Source of the DNA: Eledone cirrhosa
Lineage: Eukaryota
NCBI GenBank assembly: GCA_964016885.1
Contig: OZ024758.1
Span: 27,404,001 to 27,468,000, forward strand
Direction of reading: 5' to 3'
Length of the DNA: 64,000 nt
The notes below the pieces were generated by a model. That model had not been told where the DNA came from. It worked only from the letters and a program-made list of their open reading frames with translations, and searched no databases. Below, in pieces: positions 1-12,786 of the stretch (the stretch's first letter is position 1; every line of letters starts with the position of its first letter). A program made the position numbers and the translations under genes.

Positions 1-167
1 GTGGCTGCAAAGTTCCTTACAGTATTCTTTCCATCTATTATTTGATATGCTTTTATTTGTAAGTAGGTTACCAAATTTATCTTCAAAAACTAGATATTTA
101 AGTATCTATTCTTTGATTAGATCTTTTACCATTTGGTATGATTTTCTTGAATTATTTGTTCTATGAC

Positions 168-387
168 AAGGGCGGTGGATTGGCAGTATCGGTAGGGCGT
201 CGGACAACATGCTTTGCGGCATATAGTTGTGTCCCTTTATGTTGACTTGAAGTCCTGACGATCTCAGCTTTGCCTTTCATCCTTACGGGGTCGATAAAAT
301 AAAGCACCAGTCACGCACTGGGGTCGATTTAATCGACTTTCCTCTTCCCTAAAATTGTTGGCCTTGTGACTAAACCAGAAACCATTC
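168..387 (+). mobile_element. tRNA-derived SINE, family A (most abundant family in the window)
   Basis: Head GGCGGTGGATTGGCAGTATCGGTAG, core GCCTTTCATCCTTACGGGGTCGATAAAATAAAG and tail GGCCTTGTG; 13-bp TSD TTTGTTCTATGAC at 155-167 and 388-400. Confidence 0.85.
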
Positions 388-989
388 TTTGTTCTATGAC
401 TCCTTTCTAATTTTTCACATTTTTAGTTAATCCCCGCATCCTTTTCTGACCTTTATTAATCTGCTGTTAACCAACCTGTACTCCATTTCTACTATTTCGT
501 TTTCATGTCGATTCTGTTTCAGAAGTCTTCGTTTATTACAACGAATTAAAACATCTTTATATATATACAACCACTCTTGACTTTCTTCCTTATATTAAGG
601 ATTCTTTCATCAATTGTTGTTAGTATTTTTCAAAAGGTGTTAGTTAATCTTTAACATTTGCATATGATTATAATAAAGTTGCGAAATATCCTCCTATCAG
701 AGTTTTAAATTCTGCAGTTATATTTGATTTCTTAATTTTTTTCAACAACATAATTTATTCTTACATTTTGAGTGGTATATTATGGTGTACAAATGAAAAG
801 ATATCCGTCATTTGAACAATGTTTTCAAACTTTAAAATGTTATCACTAATTAAAGATATAATTAAAGATTTACATTAAGATTTTTCCAATAAGATCTAAC
901 TGGCAAATATCGACTTGTCTGGGGATGTTTAGCATATTGCACATGAAAGGAAGTTGTCGAGTAGTTATTGCGGCGATATGTGTAACTAT

Positions 990-1008
990 GCACACATACA
1001 TACATACA

Positions 1009-1040
<32 letters not shown>

Positions 1041-1062
1041 CACACATATATACATACGTACA

Positions 1063-1094
<32 letters not shown>

Positions 1095-1149
1095 CACACG
1101 TACGTACATACATACATACATACATACATACATACATACATACATACAT
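990..1149. repeat. (TACA)n microsatellite
   Basis: Direct read. Confidence 0.95.
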
Positions 1150-1280
1150 AGCTGGCACCTTCAAAATATGCAAAACATTCTTGCGATTCAAGGGATGACA
1201 ATTTCTTTTCTTTTACAACCTTGCCACCAGGAAGGTGGCCGGTCAAAAAAATATACTCGAAATTAAGAGAAAGAGAAAAC
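1149..1280 (+). mobile_element. 3' end of R4/Dong-like (RLE) non-LTR retrotransposon
   Basis: Near-identical to 36175-36305, the 3' end of the RLE-coding fragment; flanked by (TACA)n on both sides. Confidence 0.7.
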
Positions 1281-1292
1281 ATACATACATAC

Positions 1293-1635
1293 ATGATGAC
1301 TGCCCCCCTCGTTATCGAGTATGGCCATTGCACGATATACCATTATTAATAATTATTAATTAATTCTATCGTACAATGCCTGTGCGCGAATATATTGTTT
1401 AAAGTGAGGAAAGACTGTGCACTGAGCCAATCCCACTCCCTGAGCAACAGTAGCTATAACCCGAAAAGAAGAAAAGATCAACATCATCGGTAACTACTGA
1501 TCCGCAGGTTTTATATCGGAGTTATCCCAGTTTCCTGAGTTGCCTTCTCCTAGAAGAATGCCCTGACAAATGCTATGGGTCCTTCACTCCCAGTGGTTTA
1601 ATCGCGCGATCGGGTTTCCAGCCCGACTATTTCTA
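1293..1635 (-). mobile_element. Bipartite non-autonomous RTE derivative (LINE 5' UTR joined to LINE 3' terminus)
   Basis: 1293-1337 matches 56758-56800 and ~1343-1475 matches ~60855-60982, i.e. both ends of the RTE LINE with no ORF between; (TGTA)n tail on the minus strand. Confidence 0.75.
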
Positions 1636-1671
1636 CACACACACACATAGATACATACATACATACATACA

Positions 1672-2037
1672 TGGTGGCTGCCAACTCGTTTTCGAGTACG
1701 GCCACTACTTTATATCCATGTAGGAGAACCTCTACCGATGCGCTGAACGAATGTGACTTTTTAGTCCAGCCAGCGACTTGAAAACTCTGTTACAAACACT
1801 ACACTTGTGACAATTACTGACACATAGTGCTGGGCCCATGGTACCATGTGATGACAAGTGCAGAGAGATCTCCAGATATAAAGCAATGCCTGTGCCGTGA
1901 AGCTTTTATAGTGAGCAAAGGCACTGCACAAAGCCAGTCCCACTCTCTTAACCAAGATGATATTTATCAAAAAGAATAACAAGTCAACATCATTGGCTAG
2001 CATCAGGGTTGCAGGTGTTATATCAGAGTTTTCCTTC
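1672..2037 (-). mobile_element. Diverged bipartite RTE derivative
   Basis: 3' motif TGGCTGCCAACTCGTTTTCGAGTACGGCCA at ~1675-1704 and a 5'UTR-like block at 1884-2037, both similar to 1293-1635. Confidence 0.6.
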
Positions 2038-2093
2038 TCATACATACATACATACATACATACATACATACATACATACATACATACATACAT

Positions 2094-2220
2094 AACGGCC
2101 GCAAACTCGTGTTCGAGCGTTGCCATCGCCTGATAAAGTGCTAACAAATGTGAGGCACGAATGTGGCTCTTCAAACCAGCCGAAGACTTGCACCCTCTGG
2201 CACATACATGGCAACTGTAC
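2094..2220 (-). pseudogene. 5'-truncated RTE LINE 3' end encoding the terminal C2H2 finger
   Basis: Translation CHVCARGCKSSAGLKSHIRASH resembles the last finger of the 57226 ORF (CRLCARHFRSLAGLKSHIRSQH); flanked by (TACA)n. Confidence 0.75.
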
Positions 2221-2260
2221 ATACATAGGTGTGTCCGTACATAATACATACATAAATACA

Positions 2261-2800
2261 TGAGGGCTGTAACTCGATTTCAAGTAATGCCATCACTTGA
2301 TACTTAAATATGAGCATCATGGACGTGACTTCTTAGGCTTGCTAGGGGTTTGCCTATGGCCAGCAATGGCATGCATCACAAAAAAAATGTCACATATCAA
2401 ATAATTGTTTCTACTTTTGGCACAAGGCCAGCAACTATCCCAGTGCATTACTGGTACTTTATTTTATCGACCCCGTAAGGATGAAAGGCAAAGTTAACCT
2501 CAGCGGGATTTGAACTCAGATCGTAAAGGGACGTAACTATACTGGAAAGCATGGCGTCCGACCCTCTACTGATACTGCCAATTCACCGCCTATACATATC
2601 AAATAATGTCTGTGCTTGAAGCTTTTTTAAGTGAAGAAAGGCTTTGCAAGGGGCCAATCCCACTCTCTGAACATCGAATGCATTTACCCAAAAAGAAGAA
2701 CTGGTCTACATCATTGGATACAAACGAAGTCACAGGTTTTATATCAGAGTGACCTTCTCCTAAAGAGATGTCTTAATGAAGACTAGGAGTTTCTCACTCC
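2261..2800 (-). mobile_element. Third diverged bipartite RTE derivative, interrupted by a SINE
   Basis: 3' motif at 2261-2296 and a 5'UTR-like block at 2605-2800 (CCAATCCCACTCTCTGA...CAGGTTTTATATCAGAGT...CCTTCTCCTA). Confidence 0.55.
2401..2591 (-). mobile_element. SINE family A
   Basis: Reverse complement of the family consensus; TSD ACATATCAAATAAT. Confidence 0.85.
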
Positions 2801-3956
2801 ACAAAAAAAAAAAAAAAAATCTTTATTGGATGGCTGTTGACTCTCCTGATATCCTCCACATAAATACATACATATATCTAGATACATACATAAATACACA
2901 CATATATATACGTATGTTTTCATACGACTCTATCTATGCGTGCATGTATGTATGTGTATGTAATATTTCATTTCATTTCATTTACCATCATGTTTAATTT
3001 TACTCAAGTTACCAAGCTGTGTTTCGTAACATATCTCTATTGATATTTGTTTAAACTTTCATTTTATATTGAAGCATGTCTATATGACATAAAATATGAT
3101 CATAACTATATACAACACTTTACGGCATAAAAAGAGAAATATTGTGCACGAAAAATATTATATGCATGTATTTTCTAATGCAGACATGAAACGAAACACG
3201 CTATTGTTAAGCCTTTGATTCTGTGGAATGAGCTTTTCTGGTGCTCTTTAATTGGTAACTACTCTCTCGCCAACAGAAATTCTCTTCTTTTGTTTTTTGT
3301 TTTAATGTTTTTATTTCTATTTTTATATTATTTTATTTTATATATTCATTTTTCTGTTCTCTACGTTCTTTCAGCAAAAAGTAGAGGCTGTTACAGCGAG
3401 ATATTTCTCCTCTTTGATCTTGCTTTCCATCAAACATTAAACATGCAGCCTGCTAAAATTCAGTGCAACAAACAAGTAGGAGAATGTATTAAAGAATGAA
3501 TATGTGCATGAATGAATACGTCCATTAATTTCTCAATAAACCTCTGAATTAACGAGAAATACACTAGTTAGTGCAGCAATAGTGAGAGTAACGGTGGGAC
3601 CATGTTCTTTCTAGTTGATTTGAGTGGATAATAAAATGTCTGGCTACATTAACTGAACTTATTGAACTTATTGATTAGGCTCTTCGGTAGCTTTGATGTC
3701 AGGCGGTCGTCGTTGTATTCCACCTGAACGTGTTGTTTTATACAACGATCAGCATTGATCAAGCTGACCTATAATCAAAGGTATTCCATCCGTGACTATC
3801 CCATCGTTTTTCATACAAATTGCAACACGTCTATAATCCAATGTGTCAGTTTTCTTTTTTAAATAGTAAGGTGGCATTTGAGGGAACTTTGCCCTTGTTG
3901 CTGTTTTTAATCAACACCTACTTAGAGATTAATTGGGTCCTGCTTAATCAAAGGCT

Positions 3957-4315
3957 GGGTGGCGGCGGTGGTGGTGGTGGTGATGATGATGATGATGACA
4001 GCAGTAGTACTAGTGGTGGTTGTGGAGGTTGTGGTGGCAGTGTTGTTGGTGGTGGTAGTGGTGGCGGTGGTGGTAGTGGCGGTAGTGGCGGTAGTGGTGG
4101 CGGTAGTGGTAGTGGTGGCGGTGATGGTAGTGGTGATGGTAGTGGTGGCGGTGATGGTAGTGGTGGCGGTGGTGGTAGTGGTGGCGGTGATGGTAGTGGT
4201 GGCAGTGATGGTGGCGGTGATGGTAGTGGTGGCGCTAGTAGTGGCGGTAGTGGTGGCGGTGATGGTAGTGGTGGCGGTGGTGGTAGTGGTGGCGGTGGCG
4301 GTGATGGTAGCGGAA
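3957..4315. repeat. (GGT/GGC/AGT)n degenerate trinucleotide repeat
   Basis: Direct read; it generates the spurious poly-G/P/V ORFs. Confidence 0.9.
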
Positions 4316-4949
4316 GCAGCAACATATATGAATTCCTCGAAAAACCTTTCATGGAAATGTCTTCACTTTTCAATTGTGGTTAATAAATCCATATGGTTTC
4401 ACACGAGAACTTCAACTCTCGTGGTGATATCTTCTGTTTTAATAGAGAACCAACGTCTATAAAATGTACCAGGATTCAAGATTTTAAACAAACAAACAGC
4501 TCTTGAGATGTTTAATAAAATGTCTATAACTATGTGTAAATAAATTTACTTCCTATATGAAATATTTATCAGCGAATCGATTTTTGTTTCCAGTTTTCGC
4601 AGCTTTAAGCTGACGAGAAGTAATCTCCCTTGAGATAGGAAACTAATTTATCGTATGTAGCTTTATCAATGGAAGAGTTGAACCCCAAACTGCAAGCCAG
4701 CGAAATATTTGTAAATTCTATCACACATCTCTGTCGTTGCTTACAATGGTGATTGACTTAAAACACTGTATTACTGTGTATACATAACTTAACATTTTCA
4801 TACAATATTTCTAATGGAAGATACGGCCAATCATTTTCTAATGTAAATATAAATCCGCAGTATATGTCTGTCTGTTCAATCAAAGCTGATCCGGGGCTAA
4901 ACAACAACAACAACAACCAATATGTTTTGCTGAACTGCTGTGTAAAGAA

Positions 4950-5145
4950 TCACTACCTCCTTACCGACGACTGACATTGCACACCAGGTCCGCACACAGA
5001 CGAGTCGAACTCCCACTGTCATCGCCTCCATCTCTCTCGCCCTCCCCATCTCTCTGTATTATGAGCAAATGGCCGCCCCATGGCCCCGGCGGACAGAATG
5101 GAGAAGGCGTTTCCCCGGAGATTGGTAAGGGGGATGCGCTGGTGA
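4950..5145 (-). mobile_element. 3' fragment of CRE-like RLE non-LTR retrotransposon
   Basis: Translation QRIPLTNLRGNAFSIL (QRIS...RGNA motif); homologous to 43400-43615. Confidence 0.55.
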
Positions 5146-5476
5146 TGTATATAAAAAAATTTTTTTTTAAAAACGATCCTTCTTAGAGCTAAGTGGATTT
5201 GGTTGTTTGAAGTGTGACCAGTCACATGACACGAACTACCAACTTCTCTGTTTCTTGGCTAACCACACTAGGACAATAAAGAACAATTAAATTATACTTG
5301 TTTTGCTAGTGACTTGCTCCGAGATCGTGCGTTGAAAGTGGAATAATTATATAGTGAAATTCCGTTATAACGAAATTCTCGGGGTATAAAGAAATTCTTT
5401 GTAACGAAAAATTCTTTATAACGAGATCGACCGGAACAAATCGAATGTTTGTTTGTTAGTACCTGGGGGATTGAGA

Positions 5477-5850
5477 GCGGTGGATTGGCAGTATCGGTAG
5501 AGGGTAGGACGCCATGCTTTGCAGCATAGAGTTACGGCTCTTTATGATCTGAGTTCAAATCCCGCCGAGGTTAACTTTGCCTTTCATCCTTACGGAGTCG
5601 ATAAAATAAAGTACCAGTAATACACTGGGTAATTGCTGGTCTTGTGCCAAAAGTAGAAACAATTATATTTCAATTATCGGTAGAGAGTCGGACGCCATGC
5701 TTTGACGCATAGAGTTACGGCCCTTGCCATTCTGAGTTCAAATCCCGCCGAGGTTAACTTTGCCTTTCATCCCTACGGAGTCGATAAAATAAAGTACCAG
5801 TAATACACTGGTTAATTGCTGGCATTGTGCCTAAAGTATAAACAATTATT
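5477..5850 (+). mobile_element. Two tandem SINE family A copies
   Basis: Copies at ~5477-5667 and ~5676-5850; B-box-like GAGTTCAAATCC. Confidence 0.85.
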
Positions 5851-5999
5851 TTTGTTTTATTACCAATAAAACATAAAAATTGCAAACAATGTCCAAATTT
5901 TTTTGCGGACCACCAACATTTTCTCTCGGACCACCGTACGCCTCCCCCCATAAACCGAGAGTTCACTGCATGTGTATATCTGTCTGCATATATTATATA

Positions 6000-6197
6000 C
6001 GAGGGTAGGCCGAACAGTTCATAGGCTGACTATGAAGGAGTGATGCTAGAGCTGTGAAATCTTGCATGCATCAATTTCAACTCTTCTCATTAATAACAGC
6101 ATTGTTTCTTTCCAGCGACTATGTTGAAAAATAAACCTCATTTCGTAATTCCATGAGAGTATCTTGGTCAGCCCATCAACGTTTTAGCCGACCTTCG
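6000..6197. mobile_element. Mariner-like MITE
   Basis: Imperfect ~31-bp TIRs (CGAGGGTAGGCCGAACAGTTCATAGGCTGAC / GTCAGCCCATCAACGTTTTAGCCGACCTTCG), preceded by TA. Confidence 0.6.
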
Positions 6198-6364
6198 AAT
6201 ACCTGTGTATGCGCACGCGTGCATTATGCGGATGTACACAGAAACGAATGTAATTGCTATATTATATTCAACTTCCCCTTTAATCGCAAAAACTTCTAGC
6301 ATTCCAGGCTGTTAATTAGCTGTTCCCATGAATTCTGTCAAGGCATCTCATTGAAACCAGGATA

Positions 6365-6397
<33 letters not shown>

Positions 6398-6411
6398 CAC
6401 TATCCCTGATG

Positions 6412-6981
6412 TCTTCCAAAAGTAACGGTTGCATTTTGAAAGGGTATGTCAATATTTATTTATAAAACTGGTATATATTGTATTTTGTCTGATGAAAACA
6501 TACCATAATTTAACATGGTATCCTTGAAATATGTATAATAAAATAGATATGGTTTTATAAATATAGTTTCCATTTCTTCATATCGTATATTTACTCCAAA
6601 TACTTGTCGAGTGCTTTATATCAGTTATAAAAATATTTGCTTGTTGTATCCCAACAATTTAAATAGAACTTTTGTAATATATATATATATATGTGTGTGT
6701 GGGTGTGTGTAGATGTTATATTTAATTTGTTGGGATACAACAAGCTAAAATATCTTTATAACTGATATAAAGCACTCAACAAATTATTGGAGTAAATATA
6801 CAATATATTAACAAATGGAAACTATATTTATAAGACCATATTTATTTCATTACACATATTTCAAGGGCCACCAAGACAGATTATGGTGCGCTTTCATCAG
6901 ATGAAATATAATACAGATTAGTTTTATAAATAAATATTGACATACCCTGAAAAAATGCAACCTTAACGGTTGGAGCTTCCT
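6412..6981. mobile_element. Inverted pair of ~265-bp HHR-bearing Penelope-like pLTR fragments (family P1)
   Basis: 6412-6675 (+) and 6712-6981 (-) are diverged reverse complements around a TA/TG tract; each has CTGATGA...GAAATATGT. Confidence 0.7.
6481..6545 (+). ncRNA. Type I hammerhead ribozyme motif
   Basis: TATTTTGT-CTGATGA-..ATACCAT/ATGGTAT..-GAAA-TATGTA-TA-ATAAAATA (stem I pairs). Confidence 0.55.
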
Positions 6982-7439
6982 GGATATATATATATATATA
7001 TATACACATACACCCGGCAAAAACTATGCACACACACGCACACACGCACACGCACTCGCACACGCACACGCACACACGCACACACATACGTTGAGTGTAT
7101 GAAAGTGTTTGCATCGTCTGTAAGTAAGTGTATATGGATGGAGTTTAGTTGGAGACCTTTTGGAATGAAATCAAGCGTTAGTTTCATTTATCAAGTTAAC
7201 ATTGAGATAAGATTTCTTCCCCTTACCCACATTACCTTCTCACTGCCAAAGAGAAGTTACTCTGCACTCTTTTTAGCCCCTTCCTACTTTCTCGTAAAAA
7301 ATAAGGGGAGGGGGCAAGAAAAACCAACCATTTACATCTCAACGTGTTTCTCAACTAACATTGTTTGTGGGGTTCTTTTTCTTCTTCTTACATCCAGAGA
7401 AAGTGGAGAAGAGGGGGGAGACAGAGGGGAGGAGAGAGT

Positions 7440-8056
7440 GAAAAAAAAGAGAGAAAGGGAAGTGGAAGAGAGGGTGAAAAAAGAGAGAAAGGGAAGTGGA
7501 AGAGAGGGTGAAAAAAGAGAGAAAGTGAAGTGGAAGAGAGGGTGAAAAAAGAGAGAAAGGGAAGTGGAAGAGAGGGTGAAAAAAGAGAGAAAGGGAAGTG
7601 GAAGAGAGGGTGAAAAAAGAGAGAAAGGGAAGTGGAAGAGAGGGTGAAAAAAGAGAGAAAGGGAAGTGGAAGAGAGGGTGAAAAAAGAGAGAAAGGGAAG
7701 TGGAAGAGAGGGTGAAAAAAGAGAGAAAGGGAAGTGGAAGAGAGGGTGAAAAAAGAGAGAAAGGGAAGTGGAAGAGAGGGTGAAAAAAGAGAGAGAAAGT
7801 GAAGTGGAAGAGAGGGTGAAAAAAGAGAGAAAGGGAAGTGGAAGAGAGGGTGAAAAAAGAGAGAGAAAGTGAAGTGGAAGAGAGGGTGAAAAAAAAGAGA
7901 GAAAGTGAAGTGGAAGAGAGGGTGAAAAAAGAGAGAAAGGGAAGTGGAAGAGAGGGTGAAAAAAGAGAGAAAGGGAAGTGGAAGAGAGGGTGAAAAAAGA
8001 GAGAAAGGGAAGTGGAAGAGAGGGTGAAAAAAGAGAGAAAGGGAAGTGGAAGAGAG
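7440..8056. repeat. 34-bp purine-rich minisatellite (~18 copies)
   Basis: Unit AAAGGGAAGTGGAAGAGAGGGTGAAAAAAGAGAG. Confidence 0.95.
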
Positions 8057-8327
8057 ACAGATATATAGCAGTTATATTTTCAACAGTTTTGTGCAAGTCT
8101 CTACCCCATCAAAAGGCTGAGCTCTGTGTCCCTAAGGTGTGTGCAGTATTATTTTTGAAGGAATATAGACCTGTGACCGTATACAACGTCAGGTTTGCTT
8201 TGTTCCGTGATTTGTTTTGTTGCTTCTCGTGTTATTTTAGTGTTTCCTATGTTTTGCAGAGTATGTGCAATGTCGTTTGTGTTATTTTGTTAGATGCGAG
8301 ACATATTTGGAATGTTTGCTAAACATA

Positions 8328-8477
8328 AGAAGTAGACTCACAATACACAACACATACACTATACAGTCACTATCCAAAGAAGTAGACTCACAATACACAA
8401 CACATACACTATACAGTCACTATCCAAAGAAGTAGACTCCCAATACACAACAGATACACTATACAGTCACTATCCAA
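8328..8477. repeat. 50-bp tandem repeat, 3 copies
   Basis: AGAAGTAGACTCACAATACACAAC... recurs at 8328, 8378 and 8428. Confidence 0.9.
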
Positions 8478-8614
8478 TAGAATAATACAACTTATACAAC
8501 AAATACTCTACGGAGTTATCCCCAAATACATTATATTTACAACAGAATCTTCACAACTCATACTCCCTACACACTCAGGGAAACACCATCTTTATTTTTT
8601 AATAAATAATATAG

Positions 8615-8648
<34 letters not shown>

Positions 8649-8671
8649 CTATATATATATTTATATATTTA

Positions 8672-8702
<31 letters not shown>

Positions 8703-8703
<1 letters not shown>

Positions 8704-8905
8704 AGGAAGGAAATGTGGTAACGAACCAGATAGACCATAACGCACCAAAGTACTCAATACTTAGGGTAGTAGAGTGAGTAATAGGAACGAGTAGGACCCC
8801 GACGGCTGACCTCAAGCCGTTTCGACGGCTAATTCTGGACTAAACATTTTAGTCCAGAATTAGCCGTCGAAACGGCTTGAGCTCAGCCGTCGGGTCCTAC
8901 TGGTT

Positions 8906-8910
<5 letters not shown>
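8703..8910. mobile_element. (TA)n-embedded repeat (family P2) with fold-back end
   Basis: Related copies at ~15057-15178, 19803-19852, 20480-20556 and 26092-26142; palindrome at ~8782-8909. Confidence 0.65.
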
Positions 8911-8971
<61 letters not shown>

Positions 8972-9012
8972 TTCAAAATATTAACAAAAATAGACATTCG
9001 TGTGATCAAGTA

Positions 9013-9080
9013 TATTTTATTATACATATTTCAGAGGTACTGAGCTAAACTTCAACAGTACATCCTCATCAGATAAAATA
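9013..9080 (-). ncRNA. Type I hammerhead ribozyme motif
   Basis: Minus strand: TATTTTAT-CTGATGA-GGATGTACTG...CAGTACCTCT-GAAA-TATGTA-TA-ATAAAATA, with a perfect 8-bp stem I. Confidence 0.65.
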
Positions 9081-9430
9081 AGATGGTTAGTAGATGGTTA
9101 AGATTCAGTCATGGTAGTGAGTAATATATGACAAAACTCAATATTTATATACCTTAAGAATGTACATATAATACAGAGGGAGCGTCTGAGAAAGCTTAAA
9201 AATACATAATACCAATTTACATAACTGTTAGAGATTCAAATAATTTAAATTATAGAAGAAAGAAGAAAGACTGAGAGAAGCAGACAAGGAGAAAATATAG
9301 TTACTAGAAGTATAGAAAGCAAAAGAGAATTGATCAAGGGTAGAGAGACAAGGAGTAATAATTTTTATAGTATAAAGAATAGGGAGGGGGGGGGGGTTTG
9401 TATCGTCTTGGATGAATAGGGTGTGATTAG

Positions 9431-9621
9431 ATAATTGTTTCTACGTTAGGCACAAGACCAGCAATTACCCAGTGTATTACTGGTACTTCATTTTATCGAC
9501 CCCGTAAGGATGAAAGGCAAAGTTAACCTCGGCGGGATTTGAACTCAGAATGGCAAGGGCCGTAACTCTATGCGTCAAAGCATGGCGTCCGACCCTCTAC
9601 CGATACTGCCAATCCACTGCC
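9431..9621 (-). mobile_element. SINE family A
   Basis: Full copy; TSD GTGTGATTAGATAAT. Confidence 0.85.
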
Positions 9622-9677
9622 TTGTGTGATTAGATAATGCAAAAATTATATATATCTATACAAGTTTTGTCATATCT

Positions 9678-10245
9678 TATATATATATATATATATATAT
9701 GTATTTGTGTGTATGTATATATATATATGTGTATATATATATAGTGTGTGTGTATGTATATATATATGTGTATATATATATAGTGTGTGTGTATGTATAT
9801 ATATATATATGTGTATGTATATAGTGTGTGTGTATGTATATATATATATATGTATATATATATAGTGTGTGTGTATGTATATATATATATGTGTATGTAT
9901 ATAGTGTGTGTGTATGTATATATATATATATGTATATATATATAGTGTGTGTGTATGTATATATATATATGTGTATGTATATAGTGTGTGTGTATGTATA
10001 TATATATATGTATATATATATAGTGTGTGTGTATGTATATATATATATGTGTATATATATAGTGTGTGTATGTGTATATATATATGTGTGTATGTATATA
10101 TATATATATATATGTGTGTATATATATGTGTGTGTGTATGTATATATATATATGTGTGTATGTATATATATGTGTGTATATATGTGTGTATGTATGTATG
10201 TATATATATGTGTGTGTATATATATATATGTATGTGTGTGTGTAT
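9678..10245. repeat. TA/TG compound microsatellite with ~30-bp higher-order period
   Basis: Direct read. Confidence 0.9.
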
Positions 10246-10500
10246 GAGGCAGGGAGACAAAAAAAGGAGGAGAACAAGTGAATTTTACAAGAGCTAACAG
10301 AGTCTTGTTTATGTTGACATATGCCATCAGTTAGAGTGTACTTAGGTATAGTTATGCATGTGTCTGTCTGTGTGGTATTCGTGACTGCTTGCTTATTTGT
10401 GTGTTTAAACTGGTAAATCATGATTAACTAACAGTTGTGTGTGCGGGCTGGAAAGTGTAACTGTGAGCCATTAGTTCTATAATTATGTATATGAAAGTTT

Positions 10501-10756
10501 CCCGTCGAGGTTTGCTTTGCCTTTCATCCTTACGGGGTCGATAAAATAAAGAACCAGTAATACACTGGAGTCAGTTGGATTGACTTTCCCTTCCCTCCAA
10601 ATTGCTGGCCTTGTGCCTAATCTAAAAACCATTACTATTTCAAATCCCGCCGAGGTTTGCTTTGATTTTATCCTTACAGGGTCGATAAAATAAAATACCA
10701 GTAATGCACTGGGGTCAGTTGAATTGACTTTCCCCTCCCTTAAAATTGTTGGCCTT
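10501..10756 (+). mobile_element. Two 5'-truncated SINE family A copies
   Basis: Core GGGTCGATAAAATAAA..ACCAG occurs twice. Confidence 0.8.
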
Positions 10757-11130
10757 CAGTGATGTGGCCTGGGGTAGTCGATGTTTAAGGTCGCTACGAC
10801 GACTCATGTAAGGTTAATGAGGCCCCGAGCTGCATTCCAGCAGAAACCGTGCTCAGATTATTCCTATAAATTCAAAGCCATTTGGGTGTCTTTTTTTTTT
10901 TTTTACGGATCCGTTCACAAATTGAATGTTACGGCATTTTCCTAAGACACGGAAACTCTGAAGTGAAACCTTCGATTTACGTGATCGATGTTCATCTTGT
11001 TTGGTTTTGTTATCAAGTTGTTCATCACGTGGACCACTAGTGTAAAGGTCAGGAGGGTGTCACGACTACAGTGGTACCTAAGACCATTAGAGAAAGTGTT
11101 ATACATGATGATACTAAGTCATGGTGATGT

Positions 11131-11182
<52 letters not shown>

Positions 11183-11909
11183 TATAGTAGTAGTAGTAGA
11201 AGAAGTAGTAGAGAAATAGATGTGATGTGATGAAGAAAAGAAGTGACTAAAATACTTATTCGCCATCAATGTTGAATTTCAACGCTGCTGTGTTCCCAGA
11301 AGATAAGTGTTAAAAGAAGCATCACAATTTTAATAGATGTGAATTACAATGTACAAACAAATTCACAAAGATCAATACTTCGGATACATTTATGGGTCTT
11401 CAATGTATATCCACATAAATTTATATAGAAGAAGTATTAAATGTTTGTTTTGAAAATATTTGGTTGAGTAAATAAAGTCATTTATGTGGGGTGGTGGGAG
11501 AGAAATGTCCGCTTTTTCTATTGACAATAAAAAAATAATTCTCTGAAATACATAAATACAAATTTACTACCACATTTGTTCTTGTTGTTCTCTTGGGACC
11601 TTTGTGAATAGTTCATGTAGGCTCTGAATATCGTCTGCATTGCCGTAATGTATGTCGTCTGCTATTTTCCCCAATAACGCGCCATCATTTCATTAATCGG
11701 ATCGAATAAAACGGATTTCTGTTAAGTTATTTTATTCTTTTATTCTTTTTATTCTTTTACTATTTTCAGTCATTAGACTGTGGCCATGCTGGGACACCAC
11801 CTTGATTTAGTTGATCATATCAACCCCAGAACTTATTTGTTCATGTATGGTATTTATTTTCTCGATCTCTCTTTGTCGAACTGCTATGTTACGGAACATC
11901 AGCACATTG

Positions 11910-12510
11910 TAAACCTATGGTCGAGAATCTTGGGTAATGACCGAAAGAACACGCACGCGAATACAAGCGGTCGAATGAGATTCCTCCTAAGGGGTCTTTG
12001 GAGAAACGTTACTCGATAAAATGCTACCATTATCGGTGGATTGGCAGTATCAGTAGAGGGTCGGACGCCATGCTTTCCAGCATAGAGTTACGTCCCTTTA
12101 CGGTCTGAGTTCAAATCCCGCCTAGGTTGACTTTGCCTTTCATCCTTACGGGGTCGATAAAATAAAGTACCAGTAATGCACTGGGTAATTGCTGGCCTTG
12201 TGCCTAAAGTAGAAACAATTATTATTTATGAATGAGAGTAACTCCAGGTAGAGCCACTATTTCTCCGAATTGAGAGATCACAGCTCCGATACTATGGACA
12301 TGTGGTTAGAATATCTCAGGAAAGAATCGCTGGACATATTTTACGGGCAAAACCAACGGGCAGGAGACCCAGGGGTAGATACCGAGCAAGATGGTTGGAT
12401 AACATCCATGAGCTTGGCTGATCTCGCTTGGGGATCCAGCCGGATCAGTTGGAGACGGTTGCTTCAGACGTGACCCACTGGAGGGAGTGTTTGAGGACTC
12501 TGCCCCCACG
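11910..12510 (+). pseudogene. Decayed RTE (Rex3-like) LINE 3' fragment, split by a SINE
   Basis: Manual translation gives TYGRESWVMTERTRTRIQAVE (~11913-11975) and LRYYGHVVRISQERIAGHILRAKPTGRRPRGRYRARWLDNI (~12283-12405). Confidence 0.7.
12035..12222 (+). mobile_element. SINE family A inserted in the RTE fragment
   Basis: Consensus match. Confidence 0.85.
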
Positions 12511-12598
12511 TATATGGGGTGGCAGAGTCCTCACGCATGCGTGTATGTGTGTATGTGTATGACATCCAAACGAGTATCCTCCACTCCCAACTAGATGA

Positions 12599-12786
12599 TA
12601 ATTGTTTCTACTTTAGGCACAAGGCCAGCAATTACCCAGTGCATTACTGGTACTTTATTTTATCGACCCCGTAAGGATGAAAGGCAAAGTCAACCTCGGC
12701 GGGATTTGAACTCAGATCGTAAAGGGACGTAACTATCCTGGAAAGCATGGCGTCCGACCCTCTACCGATACTGCCAATCCACGGCC
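12599..12786 (-). mobile_element. SINE family A
   Basis: Consensus match; TSD ACTAGATGATAAT. Confidence 0.85.

Noticed and set aside
3820-4462. Gly-rich, Pro-rich (formin-like) and Val-rich ORFs
   Set aside because: All three arise from one GGT-type trinucleotide repeat, with no flanking domain.
7332-8096. 254-aa hydrophobic ORF
   Set aside because: It is the translation of the 34-bp minisatellite.
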